From Proteromonas lacertae (taxonomy: Eukaryota), in NCBI GenBank assembly GCA_002245135.1, contig NGBS01000293.1, forward strand, positions 124,001 through 188,000: a stretch of 64,000 bases of DNA, given 5' to 3'. The notes under the pieces were generated by a model that searched no databases, was not told the DNA's origin, and saw only the letters and a program-made list of their open reading frames with translations. Shown one piece after another: positions 41,060 to 55,000 of the stretch; position 1 is the stretch's first letter; every line of letters begins with the position of its first letter. A program made the translations under genes and the position numbers.

Positions 41060-41191
41060 GCAGATTGCTTCTCTATCAAGTTCAAAATAATTGAAAAACT
41101 AGAAATTTAAAAAAATTGGCTTGAGTGTCAAAATAGAATTGAACATTTCGATTTTTTGTTGTATGATCACAAGGAGGGTTTAAAATAAACA

Positions 41192-41945
41192 ATGTCTGTT
41201 AATTCAAAATACGATGATGAAACAGCTTATGATGTTTATAAGACTGTATCCTATCGAATTCAAACACCTTATCCTGGGTTATCTGAAGTATTGAAATAAA
41301 TTATAAAATTGATAGATATCTCTGGCTGGTGAGTTGATTCAAATATCTGGATTTACTGCAAGTGGTAAGTCAACAGTATGATTTATTCTTCTTAAGATTT
41401 AGGTTGTTTATACAATTATTTCAAAAGTTATTCTACCTAGTGAATACGGTGGTAAATGGTCAGACAGTCACTTTGTTAGATTTAGAGAATAGATTTGATA
41501 TTTTAAGAATGATTTCTATATTAGAACAATGCTTATCAGAATTTCCTGGTATTTAATAGATATTTAAAATGTAAATAGAAGCTGCAAGTAATTTAGAAAC
41601 AATAATAACAAATTCTTTAGAAAGATTAGTAATTCATTCTTGCAACACACTTTTCACATTATATATGACAATGATATCATTAACAGATTATAATGGCTTA
41701 CTGGTGATTGACAGTTTATTCCCATTTGTTGCTTGGAAATATCAAGAGAAACTATTTCAACTTGTGATATTACAATTTAGCAGAATATTAAAGAATGCTT
41801 GTTCTATAATAGCTACTAAACCAAGTATAACTGATTATTATATTCTTTAGTTTTACCATCAAAATCTGATACTACTGGAAGAGGAATAAACTATATGGGA
41901 AATATTTGGAATAATTTAATAACTAAATATGTTGATTTATCATAA
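41192..41945 (+). CDS. XRCC2: RAD51 paralog XRCC2 (about 4 introns; +1 indel near 41454)
   Basis: DETAYDV; Walker A GFTASGKST; ILPSEYGG..LLDLENRFDILRMISILE; Walker B LLVIDSL; YMGNIWNNLIT. Confidence 0.75.
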
Positions 41946-41998
41946 TTAATAATATATTCGTTTTAGAAATGTTTGTCATGATTTGATCTAAATCGCAC

Positions 41999-42006
41999 TT
42001 TGGCGC
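41999..42006 (+). promoter_or_regulatory. E2F-like site TTTGGCGC upstream of RPA1
   Basis: Matches the TTTSSCGC consensus, 32 nt before the ATG, in otherwise GC-poor DNA. Confidence 0.6.
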
Positions 42007-42037
42007 TAATTTTTTTAACTTCAAATTAACACATAAA

Positions 42038-43998
42038 ATGTCTATTGGTTTAAGCAGCGGTTCTTTGAGAGCAATATCTTCAGGTCAACAAGTTGACAGT
42101 CCTGTTTGTCAAGTATAATTCTACCTATCTATGAATAGTTGATCCAAATCAAACCAGTTGCTGTAGGAAAAGAAAGATTTAGGTATTACTAATATTGCTA
42201 TATGTGTAGACTTCTAGTTTCAGATGGTGATAATGTAATGCAAGGTTTATTAGCTTCACAACACAATCAAATGGTGAAATCAGGTCAATTATCAGAAGGA
42301 GCTATAATACAAATCAAGAGTTATTCTATTAGTTATGTTAAAGACACTTCACTTTTAGTCGTTCTTCAATTCGATATTATATCATTAGCCAATGAAACAA
42401 TTGGTGATCCAAAGCCAATTGCAGCATCATCAGTTCCTCAGCAGCAGCAACAACCCGCTCGTCCAGTCCAACCACCCGTACAACAACAACAACAACAAAA
42501 TTCATATCAACAACCACCTCCACCTTCATATCAACAACAACAACAACCATTACCAAACTATAACAACAACAATAATAATTACAACAACATCAAACCAGAT
42601 ATCAAACCTCAATCATCTTCATCAATCTTGCCAATGGCTCCACCAGGTGCAGTTATTACTCCAATCTGTGATTTAAATCCATACATCAACAAATGGACCA
42701 TCAAAGCAAGAGTAACGAATAAAAGTTCAATAAGAACATGGAATAATGCAAGTGGACCAGGAAAGCTCTTTTCTATTGATTTGTTAGATGATAGTGATAA
42801 TGAAATAAGAGGAACTTTCTTTAAAGAAGATGTAGATAAGTTTTACACTAATATAGAAGTGAATGAAATATATACATTCTCAAATGGTGTTGTAAAAACC
42901 GCTAATAAAAGGTTTAACACTTTAAATAATCAATATGAAATATCGTTCAATTCTCATACTGAAATAGCTCATGTACAAAATGATAATACAATTAAAGAAC
43001 AGATTTATAGATTTATGAAAATTGGTGAAGTTCAAAATCAACCAGAACATACAAATATTGATGTTATTGGAATTGTTAAATCAACAACTCCATCTATCAA
43101 TTTAAGAAGTAAAGCAGGAAAGGATTTTACAAAGAAAGATTTATTTATAGTAGATGATAGTCAATATGATATTAAAGTAACACTATGGGGAGATGATGCT
43201 TTGAAATATGATACAGAATTACACGATGATGATGTTTTAGCAATTAAGAATCTAAGAGTATCTGATTTTGGTGGAGGTAAATCTTTATCAGCTGGTAATG
43301 ATACATCCATTATGATTAATCCTCCAAATATACCAGAAGCTGAAGCTTTGATTAATTGGTATAATTCTGAAGGAAAAACTTTACCAACCAATAGTTTGAG
43401 TAATAATCAAGGTGGCGGTAGTGGTCCAAGACAGAGAAAGACATTAATTGAGTTCGATAATGATCATGTCACTCAGATGATTCAAGAACAGAAAGATCCA
43501 GCTAAAGGTCCAAGCATCAATGTCAAAGCAATCATAACAAGAATTAAACATGATATAGATCCTTGGTATCCAGCTTGTTCTGCTGAGCCTGAACCTGGTC
43601 AGCTAAAATGCAATCGAAAGGTTGTGGTAGATGCTGATCATAATTGGGTTTGTGAAAAATGTAATAAAACATTAGCTAAATGTAATTATAGGTTTATTAT
43701 GTCTATTACTATCGCTGATCATACATCTTCGCAATATTTGACAATTTTTGATGAGGAAGCGAAATCTTTGTTAGGACATGATGCAAATGAAATGCAACAA
43801 TTGAAAGAACAAGATAATAATGCTTATGAAGGAATCTTTCAAGAAGTTACTCTAACTGAACATGCATTTTGGATCACTGCAAAATCTGAAATGCAAATGG
43901 ATGTAGAAAGAATAAGAAGAGTTGGTAGAAGAATATCTCCCATTAATTATGTTGATGAATGTAAGAGTTTATTAGAATTAATTAAACAATATAATTAG
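42038..43998 (+). CDS. RPA1: Replication protein A large subunit
   Basis: ATG at 42038 with two short introns. RLLVSDG; LNPYINKWTIKARVTNKS..GKLFSIDLLD; IDVIGIV; zinc ribbon WYPAC..CNRKV..CEKC. Confidence 0.95.
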
Positions 43999-44072
43999 AG
44001 AGTAAAACTGTTTTATATACTATATGATATATTATTTTTCTTGTTGTATGTGTTTATTATCTTCAAAATTAG

Positions 44073-44084
44073 TTTGGCGGGAAA
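44073..44084. promoter_or_regulatory. Bidirectional E2F site TTTGGCGGGAAA upstream of RAD17
   Basis: Contains TTTCCCGCC on the minus strand; 28 nt before the ATG at 44112. Confidence 0.7.
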
Positions 44085-44111
44085 CGGATCAATTTTAAAA
44101 AGAATTTAAAA

Positions 44112-45848
44112 ATGAGTCAAACTCACAGCAGAAAGAGAAGAAAGATCAGTGAGCTAGTTCAAATAACACCAAGCAACACATATTTACCGTTTATAACAAA
44201 ATATACTCCTAAAACGACTTCTGATGTCTTAATCACCCAAAACAAAAGGAAAGAAATAACAGATTGGATTGACCAATCTATTTCAACTAAAAACTATTCA
44301 AAAATATTATTTCTATATGGAAGCTTAGGGATTGGCAAAGTATAGCTATTTATGAATATATTTAATAGTCTACATTGATTGAAACCTATTGTAGAGAGAA
44401 AAATATAGAAATGATGGAATGGAAAGACAGAGCAATAGGCGGATCTCTAGTTAAAACAAAACTACCGTGGGAAGAAGAACTAAAATTCCAGCTACTATCA
44501 GAAATACCATATCAATCACAATATGACGATTTGATATCATACATCCATCATTTAGCATATAATCAGCCAAAGAATCCATCTGTTGGTTTAATTATAGATT
44601 TACCTGATACAATATTGAATCTATCATCCACATATATCGATAGAGAGAAATTCAAAAATGAATTACATCTATTCAACAAGATCAGTAGAATTCCTCTAAT
44701 TTTTATAATATCTTATCCATGTGATAGTTCTCATGAAATTGATCAATATATATCCAAAATATTCCTACTGAATCCTTTTAATTATAATCCTAAATCTAAT
44801 CCTCAAGATATATCCTTTATCAATGTGAGAGAAGTAACAGATAAGAGAATTGAGAAAGTATTAAAACATATTGTGGATAAAGAGCATAAACATATATCTA
44901 AAGACTTAATAAACGAAATAGTAGAATATGGAAGTGGTGATTTGAGAAAAGCTATTGTTCAACTGGAATTCTATTGTAATGTATATATTTATGTATATAT
45001 TATATTTATATAGTCAACATTTCCAATATATTCTTCATCTTTGTCATTTAGTAGTTCAGACGATTTGTCACTGAGTTTTTGTAGTAATAACAGTGTTTTA
45101 GATGGTTCATTAGATAGTAGTAACACTTCCACTCAATTTCTAACAGATTTCCATATTTTAAGGAAAATATTATATAATAAAATCTCCTTTACTAATAATG
45201 TATATATATTATCATAATATTAATATCGATTTATAGTGTATTTATGATTATTGTACAAATTATAATAATTTATCATACTCTTTATATGAACACAATATTG
45301 AGTCATATACGAATATAGAAGATTGGAGTGAATATATGAATTTATTATCTGAAACGAATAAATATTCAACTTCTTTGGACAAAGATTTGAATGAGTGTTA
45401 TTGTGATATTATAGCTGGTGCTAATAACTACTGTAATAAACAGCCAAAGGCATTATCATTTAAACCATTGAAATCTCCTAAAATATATCAAATACAAAAA
45501 CTGAATAAACAACATTTACAAACATGGAATTGTTTTTTACAGGGTATTATAGGTAATAGTGAATGTATACAGTTTTATATATATTTATTCATAGTTCATT
45601 TGAATAAGAATGAAATGTCTGATTTTGTTATTTGTTTTCCATATAGAACTCTTAAGTATATTAAATTATATAATATTATGAATAGTTTAACTCCAAATCA
45701 ATTTAATTTTATAAACCAAGTGAGTAATAGAAGATATAAATTTGATAATTGGATATACAATCCTGATAATCAAATCACTGATAGAACTGATGATGAAATT
45801 ACTAAAGAGATTATGGAAATGGACGATATAGGCGAATTTAGTGATTAG
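44112..45848 (+). CDS. RAD17: Checkpoint clamp loader Rad17/Rad24
   Basis: KYTPKTTSDV..KRKEITDW; Walker A GSLGIGK|ST across an intron starting at 44340; MMEW; GDLRKAIVQLEF; KPLKSPKIY. Confidence 0.75.
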
Positions 45849-46034
45849 TTATATTCACACTATTCATGTAATTTTATGTATTAAATTGATGAAATATATT
45901 TTTTTCATTTCTATTTAATATATTTTAATTGTAATTAGTTGTTTGAATATTTTCAAATTCAAATTCAAATTAAAAAAACGATTTTCTATCCCAAAAATTA
46001 ACCCCAAATTTGATTAAAACATTAATTCAAATTT

Positions 46035-49000
46035 ATGTCAGGGACGCCCAAGAAATATGTGATTCGAGCACAAGCACGAATCATTGAAGGGTTATTGAAG
46101 AGGAAAAGATTTGTTGTTAACAGAAAACCAGAGACCCTTCAAGATTTGAAAGATAAGAGAGATGAGTTAACTGAGCAAGTTAAAATAAAGAATCAGGAAG
46201 AAGAAAAGAAGAAATTACTTGAAGCTCACAGCTCAGAAGCTGATGATGAAGAAAAACAGAAGGAAGAGGTAAGAGAAGAAATCAAGCAATTAGAAAGTTT
46301 ATTGAACGAAGGTGAATCACCGGAAACTGAAGAAGATCCTGAATTAACTGAATTAAAGAATGAAAGAGATGCTTTATTAGATCTCTTAAAAGAGAAGTAT
46401 GGTGATGATGTCGATGTTCAAAAGCTTCAAGAAGAAAAAGATGAGGCTGAACGCCAAAAAGTAGAAGAACAAAAGAAAGAATTACAAGAAGAAATTACCA
46501 AACTTCAACAATTGCTTGACGAAGATAATGGAAGAACAGTTGATGAATTAGAAGAAGAAATCAAAGCAGATGAAGAGAAATTATCAGACAATGAAGAAAT
46601 AAGAGAATTACAAGAGAAAAGAAACGAATTGTTAGAAGAAATTAAAGAGAAAACAAACGAAGATGATGTTAGTTTGTTAGAGAAATTATTGAATGAATTA
46701 AAAGAATTAAAAGAAAAATTAACAGAGTCAGAAGAGAAAGCAACTGAAGAAAACAATGAAACAAAAGAAGAATTGAAAGAACAAGTTGAAGAATTAGAAG
46801 AAATTAACAACAATCCTGATTTAAATACTGTTGAAGAAATGAATAAAGAAATTGAAGAGTTGAAAGAAAAACTTGAAGCTCCACCACCAGAAGATGAAGA
46901 ATTGAAAGAATTAGAAGAATCTAAAGACAAATTGATGAGTGAAGTCAAAGAGAAAGCAAATGATGATGATATTGAAAAGGTTAAAGAATTATTAAAAGAG
47001 ATTGAAGAATTGAAAGAAAAACAGAAAGAAAAAGATGAAGAGAATCAGAAGATAATCGATGAGATGAATGAAAAGAAAGATGAATTAAAGAAGGAAATTG
47101 AAGAACTAAAAGCTGTTTCAAGGAATCATGATAATATTGAAGCAATGGAAAGTGAAATGTCACAATTACAGGAGAATCTTGAATCATCATCATTGCCAAT
47201 TGAAGATGATGAAGAATTAATTCAACTACAAGAAAAGAAAAGACAATTGAAAGATGAATTGAAAGAGAAATACAATGAAGAGAATAATGTATTTACTGCT
47301 ACAATAATTGGAACTAAAAGTGAGATGAATGATATAAATAATGAAGTAGAAATGGCTAAAGTTATTAATGAAGAAAAAAAAATGAAATTAGAAAATGAAG
47401 TTAAAAGATTAGAAGAATGTATGAATAGAGATAATATTAATGAAAGTTTGAATGAATTAGAAGATGAATTGAAAACATTGGAAGCTGTTGAAACTGTTGA
47501 ATCTAAGAATGATGAAGATAAAGATAATGAATTGGAAGAGTTAAGAGAAAAAAGAAAAGAGTTATTAGAAAAATTGAAAGAAAAGAATAGTGAAGATGAT
47601 ATTAACAGATTAGAAGAAATGATCGAAAAGTTAGAAGAAGCTAAAGAAGTAGAAAACAATAAAGAAGAAAAGATCGAAGAAGAAGAAAAAGGTGATGAAG
47701 AAAAGGATAAAGAGATTCAAGAGTTAAAGAAAGAGATTTCTAGATTAGAAGGGATAATGAATAATCCAGAGTATCAAAACGAAGAAGCAATTGAAGCTAA
47801 GATTGATGAACTTGAAGAAAAGAATGAAAGTGGAAATACTGATGAAGAGAATGAAGAAAAAGATAAAGAAATTGAGGAATTAAGAGAAAAGAAAGAAGAA
47901 TTATTGAATGAATTAAAGGAGAAATATGGTGAAGACGTTGTTTATCATCCAAGTGTTATAGGAGAAGAAAGTATAAATGATAAAAATGATGAATTGAAGG
48001 TAGTTGATAAATCCATTGATAATACAGAAAATCAACAAAAAGAAGAAGAAGTTCAGCGATTGAAAGATGAAATTCAGAAATTAGAAGAATTATTAAATGA
48101 TTCAGAATTACAAACGGCTGAAGAAGTGAGAGAAAAATTGGAAGAAATTGAAAAAGTGGAGAATATTGAAAATACAGAAGCAGGTAAAGATGAAGAGTTA
48201 AAAGAATTAGAACAGAAAAAAGAAGAACTTAAACAACAAATAAAAGAAAAATATGGAGATGAAGTCTTTGTTCCATCAAATGAAGAAGATGAATTAGAAA
48301 AAGAAAGACTTAGAAATGAAATTACAATATTAGAAGATTACTTAAATAATGATGATCTTGATGAAAATCTTAAAGAAGTTGCTGAACAAATAATCAAAGA
48401 GAATTCACCAGAAGCTGAAGAAAGCATGAAACAAGAAGACTTGGAAGAATTGAGAGAAAAGCATAACAAAGTATTAGATGAATTAGAAGATAAATTACAA
48501 TCATTATTAAACTCACTAAAAGAGATAAGAGGTATTAACAATGCAGTAAATGAAGAAAGTCAAGTTACACCAATGTTATCAAATGATGAAGAGATTAAAC
48601 ATATTCATATGCCAATACAATCAAGAAAATCAACACCCGATTTAGAACATATGAAAGAAATATTACAACAGTTGGACGATTTACATAAAGATAGAAAATC
48701 ACCAATAGAAAGTGAAAAAAATTATAATGAAAGTAGAAATGAAATAGTTTATTCATGTGATGTAATTGGAATTGAAAGTGTGATGAATGAAGAAGAAGTT
48801 AATAAAGATAAACAGAGTGAAGATGATTATTTGAAGTTAGAAAATGAAAATAATGATTTAATGAAAGAGAATAAACAGTTAAAAGAAAAGAATAAAGATT
48901 TGGAGGATAAATTATATGAAATGGAATTTGAACAATCCAATAGTTCTTTCCATAAAGATGATTTAGAAAAGAATTATGACGAGATAAAGAATGAGAATGA

Positions 49001-52000
49001 TAATTTGAATGAATCATTGAAAGCTAAAGAAAGTGAATATATGAAAGAGAATCTTGAATTAGAAAGTAAGTTGAAAGAAGTGGAAAATAAATTATGTGAT
49101 AATGAATCTGAATTGAAAGAGAAAGAAGATAAGATCGAAGAATTGGAAAATGAGAATGCGAAATTAAAAGAGAAGAATGAATTGGGAGAAGAAATCCAGA
49201 GATTATTAAATGATATATTAGAGAAAGATAAGAATGATGAAGAGATGAATGAGTTAAAAGAAAATCGAGAAAAATGTTTAGAAGAGTTATATAATAAATA
49301 TCCAAGTGCTGATGTAGATAGATTAGAGAACTTATGTGAAAATTTAAGAGAAATTGAAGAAAGAAAATCACCATATAATGAATTATTAGGAAATAATACT
49401 CAGAAGAATAGAATAAAGAAAGAATTAAGTATTTTGGAAAGATGTTTAGGTGATAATAATGAAGATATAAATGACATTATTAAAGAATTGGAAGATAAAA
49501 TAGAAAGTGCAGTAGAACAAATGAAAGAAGATGATGATGAATTAATTGAATTGAAGAAAAGAAGAGATGAATTAGTTAGGATATGTAATGGATATAATGA
49601 AATATATAAACCTGATGTTATTAGTTACAATAGTACAACAAAAGATAATGAAATTGAGAAAGAGGAGAGTGTTGATGAAATAAAAGACGAAATTAGTAAA
49701 TTGGAGGAGATATTGAATAATCCAGAATTGGAGAGTAAATTGATAAGTAAAGATGAAATTCAAACGACTGAAAATGAGAATATTGAAGAAGAAAGTAATG
49801 GTGAAGGAGAAGAAGAATTAGCTGACTTGAAAGAGAAAAGAGATGAGTTAAAGAAAGAGTATAAAGACAAATTTGGAAATGATTTTGTTTATTCAGCTGA
49901 GATAATCAGTGATGAAAGTGAGAATAAAGAAGAAGAAAAAGTCGAAGATGTAAAAGATGTAAAAGAAAAGAATGCTGATAAAGAAAATAAAGAAAGTGAA
50001 AAGAAAAAGCTGATGAAAGAAATCGAGATATTAGAAGATTGTTTAAGAAAAGATAATTTAGATGAAAATCTAAAAGAATTAGAAGATGAAATGAAAGAAG
50101 AGAAAGAAAAATTGAAAGAAATGAAAGAAGAAGATGAAAAATTAAAAGAAGAAAATGAAATTGAATTAAATGAGTTAAAAGAAAAACGAAATGAACTATT
50201 AAATGAATTAAAAATGAAGAATGGAAGTGAAGATATAAAAAAGTTAGAAGAACTATTGAATGAATTAGATAAAGTGAGAAATGAAGAAGATGATATGAAG
50301 AGTAAAGAAGATGAAAATATGAAAATGTCAAAATGCAAAGAAGAAGAAAAGAGTAAATTGAAAGAAGAAATGGATAAACTGGAAGAGTTATTAAATAATC
50401 CATTATTAGAAAGACGAGAAGATATGGAAAACAAAATAGAAGAATTGAAAGAAGAACTGGAATTGAATGAAGTAAAAAGTTTAGAAGAATTAGAAAGTCG
50501 ATTAAAAGATATATTATCGATAGTATCCAATGAAAAAGAAGAAAATGAAATCGATACTGAAAATATCTATATTTGTGATTTACTTGGACTGAACAGTATA
50601 ATGAGAGTAGATGAAGAATATGTAAGTAAAGAAGAAGAAAAAGAAAGTGATAATTTAAGACTAGAGAATGAGAATGAAAATTTAAAGTATAACTACAATG
50701 AAGCATTAAACAAAATCAAAAAGTTGAATGACAGAATTGAAGAATTGGAATTAGAAAATTCCAATAAGAATGATAATAAAGATGATTTAGAAAAGAATTA
50801 TGACGAGATAAAGAATGAGAATGATAATTTGAATGAATCATTGAAAGCTAAAGAAAGTGAATATATGAAAGAGAATCTTGAATTAGAAAGTAAGTTGAAA
50901 GAAGTGGAAGATAAATTATGTGAGAATGAATCTGAGTTGAAAGAGAAAGAAGATAAGATCGAAGAATTGGAAAATGAGAATGCGAAATTAAAAGAGAAGA
51001 ATGAATTGGGAGAAGAAATCCAGAGATTATTAAATGATATATTAGAGAAAGATAAGAATGATGAAGAGATGAATGAGTTAAAAGAAAATCGAGAAAAATG
51101 TTTAGAAGAGTTATATAATAAATATCCAAGTGCTGATGTAGATAAATTGAAGAGAATGATAAATGAGTTAAAAGAAAATGATAATAAATTAGAAGAAATG
51201 AATGAAGATAATGATGATAATAAAGTGAAATTAATGAATGAGATAAAACTGTTAAAAGATTGTTTAAATAATGAAAAACTGAATGTAGATGATATAGTTG
51301 AAGATTTAGAAAATCTTAATAAAGAAAGTGAAGATGACGAGTTGAAAGAATTGAAAGAAGAAAAGAGATGAATTATTGAAAGAGTTAAAAGATAATCTAA
51401 ATCCAGAGATATTTGAGAATATGATAATTGGAAGAGAAAGTAAAATGATGAATAAAGAAGATGAAAAGAAAGAACTACAAAAAGAAATAGATAAATTGAA
51501 AGAAATATTAGAAAATGAAGAATTAATGAAAGACGAAGAAATAATAAATGCTGAAGAAAAGTTAGAAGACAATGATGAAATAGATAAAGATGATGAAATA
51601 TGCAAATTAGAAGAAGAAAAGAGAGATTTATTAAATGTAATTGAAAAAGACTTAAAACCTGAAAATAAGAAAAAATATGAAGAAATGATGAAAGAATTAA
51701 AAGAGTTAAAGAAAGAAAATGAAAAGATGAAAGAAAGTCAACTATCTGCCGAAGAAAGTAAAGTATATAAAGAGAAGTTATTAGAAGAGATAGAAAAACT
51801 AGAAAATAACTTGAAAGAGAATATAAGTGATGAAAAATTGAAAGAAGCTGAAGCTGAATTAGAAAAGAGTCGTGAAGAAAATGAAAAATTGAAAGAAGAA
51901 GAAGACAAAGAATTAAAAGAATTAGAGAATCGTCGAAATGAATTATTAGATAATTTAATAAATGAATTAAGTGATTATCGAACAAAACGAACCGAAGATC

Positions 52001-55000
52001 CAAATTATTTGAATGATGAAAATCTAGCAAACAAAGAAGAAATGTTAAAAGAAATCTCAAAACTTGAAAAAACATTGAAAGAACGAGATAATGAAAATGT
52101 CAAATTATTGGAAGAGATGAAAGCGAAAGAATCTAAATATGAAAGTGAATTAAAAGAATTGATGAATAAACGAGATGAATTAAAGAATGAATTAAAGAAT
52201 GAATTGAGTAATGAGAATGTTTATTCAATCGATCTAATAAGTGGTGAAAGTTTGAAAATGGAAGAGAATGATATTGATGAAATGTCTAAATTGAAAGAAG
52301 AAATGGAAATATTAGAAGCTTATAAGAATGAGATAAAATTAAAAGAAGACAAAGGATATGATGATGAAAGTAGTTTAGAAGAATTAGAAGAAAAGAAAGA
52401 AAAACTATTGAAAGATATTAAAGAAGAGAAAGGATTGGAAGATATAAATGAATTGAAAGATAGAATAGAAAAGATGAAAGAGAATCGAGAAGAAAAGAAT
52501 AGATTGAGAGATGAGATTGAAAAACTAGAAGAAATCTTAAATAATCCAGAATTAGAAAGTGAATTATGTAAAAACGAAAAAGTAAAAGATAGTGAAAGTG
52601 GAGATAATAAATCTGATGAAGATGAAGATTTGAAAGAATTGAAAGAGAAAAGAGATGAATTATTGAAAGATTATAAAGACAAATTTGGAAATGATTTTGT
52701 TTATTCAGCTGAGATAATCAGTGATGAAAGTGAGAATAAAGAAGAAGAAAAAGTCGAAGATGTAAAAGATGTAAAAGAAAAGAATGCTGATAAAGAAAAT
52801 AAAGAAAGTGAAAAGAAAAAGCTGATGAAAGAAATCGAGATATTAGAAGATTGTTTAAGAAAAGATAATTTAGATGAAAATCTAAAAGAATTAGAAGATG
52901 AAATGAAAGAAGAGAAAGAAAAATTGAAAGAAATGAAAGAAGAAGATGAAAAATTAAAAGAAGAAAATGAAATTGAATTAAATGAGTTAAAAGAAAAACG
53001 AAATGAACTATTAAATGAATTAAAAATGAAGAATGGAAGTGAAGATATAAAAAAGTTAGAAGAACTATTGAATGAATTAGATAAAGTGAGAAATGAAGAA
53101 GATGATATGAAGAGTAAAGAAGATGAAAATATGAAAATGTCAAAATGCAAAGAAGAAGAAAAGAGTAAATTGAAAGAAGAAATGGATAAACTGGAAGAGT
53201 TATTAAATAATCCATTATTAGAAAGTGAATTATTGAAGAAAGCCCAAGTTGATATTGATGAATCAGGTATAGAAGATGACGAATTAAAAGAATTAGAGAA
53301 TAAACGAAATGAAATATTAAATGAGATAAAAGAGAAGAGTGGTGAAGAAGATATTGAAAAGTTAGAAAGTTTATTAAAAGAATTGGAAGACAAGAAAAAT
53401 GAGAATGCTGATGTTAAAGAAAGATTATTAAAAGAGAAAGAAGAAAAAGTTGAAGAAAATGAGAAACTGAAGAATGGTTTAAAATCTGAAATTTGCAAAT
53501 TAGAAGATTTATTAAAAGATTTAGATGGTAAAAATAAAGATGAAATCTTGAATGAACTTAAAATCTTAGAAAATGATTCAATAGAAAATCGTCTAAAAAT
53601 GGATAAAGAAGAAGAAGAACGAGAAAAAGAGATTAATGAATTGAAGAAAGAAAAAGAAGATTTAATGACCCAATTAAGTGAATTAAATGAAAATCGTGAA
53701 AATGAATTAAATGAAATGAAAGAAGAAATTTATGAAATCGAAATAATCGGAAATGAAAGTAAAATGAATGATGATGAAGAAATGAAATTATCAATGTTAA
53801 AAGATATAGAAGATTTAGAGAGATTAATAAAAGAAAAAGAAGAAGAATTAAGTAAACTGAAAGAGTTAAATGAAAACAAGTTATTAGAAGATGTTAATAA
53901 AGTTGAAGAAGAATTAGAAGAAGAGAATAATAAATTAAAAGAAAAAGAAGAAAAACTGAACAAGTTAAATGAATTAGAAGAAGATCGAGATAAATTATTA
54001 GAAGAAATCATAGAAAAGAGTGGAAGTGAAGATATAGATAAATTGAAAAAGATGTTAAATGAATTGAAAGGATTAAAGAATGAAAATACTGAAGATGATG
54101 CTAAATTAGACAAAAGTGCAGAATTGAAGAATAAATATGAAAATGATATAAAAGAGTATAAAGAAATCCTAGAAAATGTAGAATTAAAGCCAATAGAAGA
54201 AATGGATAAAGATTTAAAAGAAATGGAAGAAAAGATATTAGAAAATAATGTTGATAATAAAGAATTGAAAGAATTACGAGATGAACTAGATAATTTAAAG
54301 AATGAGTTGAAAGAGAAGAGTGGAGTTGAAGATATTTGTGAAGTGACTAAGAAATTGAAAGATATAAAGAATAAAGAGAATGAATTGAAAGAAAGTGAAA
54401 ATAAGATGAAAGAAAAGACAGAATTGAAAGAAGAGATTAATAAACTAGAAGAAATATTAAAGAATCCTGAAATAGAGAAAGTAAAAGAAGATGAAAATGA
54501 TGAAATAGATAAATTATTAGATGAGTTAAGAAAGAGACGAGATGATTTACGAGAAGAATATTTGAAAGATAAAGGCAAAGAATTTGAATATGATGATAGT
54601 ATGATAAATGAAGAAGAAGATAAGAAAGAAAAGTTATCTGAAATTAAAAAGCTGGAAATATCCCTAAATACAATTGAACATTTTACCAGTGATAATGTAG
54701 ATGAAAGTAGCAAAAAGATTTATGATAATGAGGAAGAAGATATTGAAGATGAAAAACCATTTGAAGAAATTGATGATGAAATAAACAAGTTAAAAAACGA
54801 AATTGCTAATTTAAAAGATGAGTATAAAGTGAAATTCAATGATGATTATAATAATTGTGATGAGAATGATAGAGATGATAAAGAAAGAGATTCTGATTTA
54901 TTGAAAGAAGAAGAGAAAAGAAAATTGTTAGATGAGAGAGATAAATTAAAGAAGTTAGTGAATAAAGATAGTAAAGAAGATCATCTAGATTCAAATAGTC

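Noticed and set aside
44810..44818. ATATCCTTT, a perfect U12 donor-like sequence in RAD17
   Set aside because: It lies in an uninterrupted coding frame (QDISFINV) and I see no branch-site match downstream.
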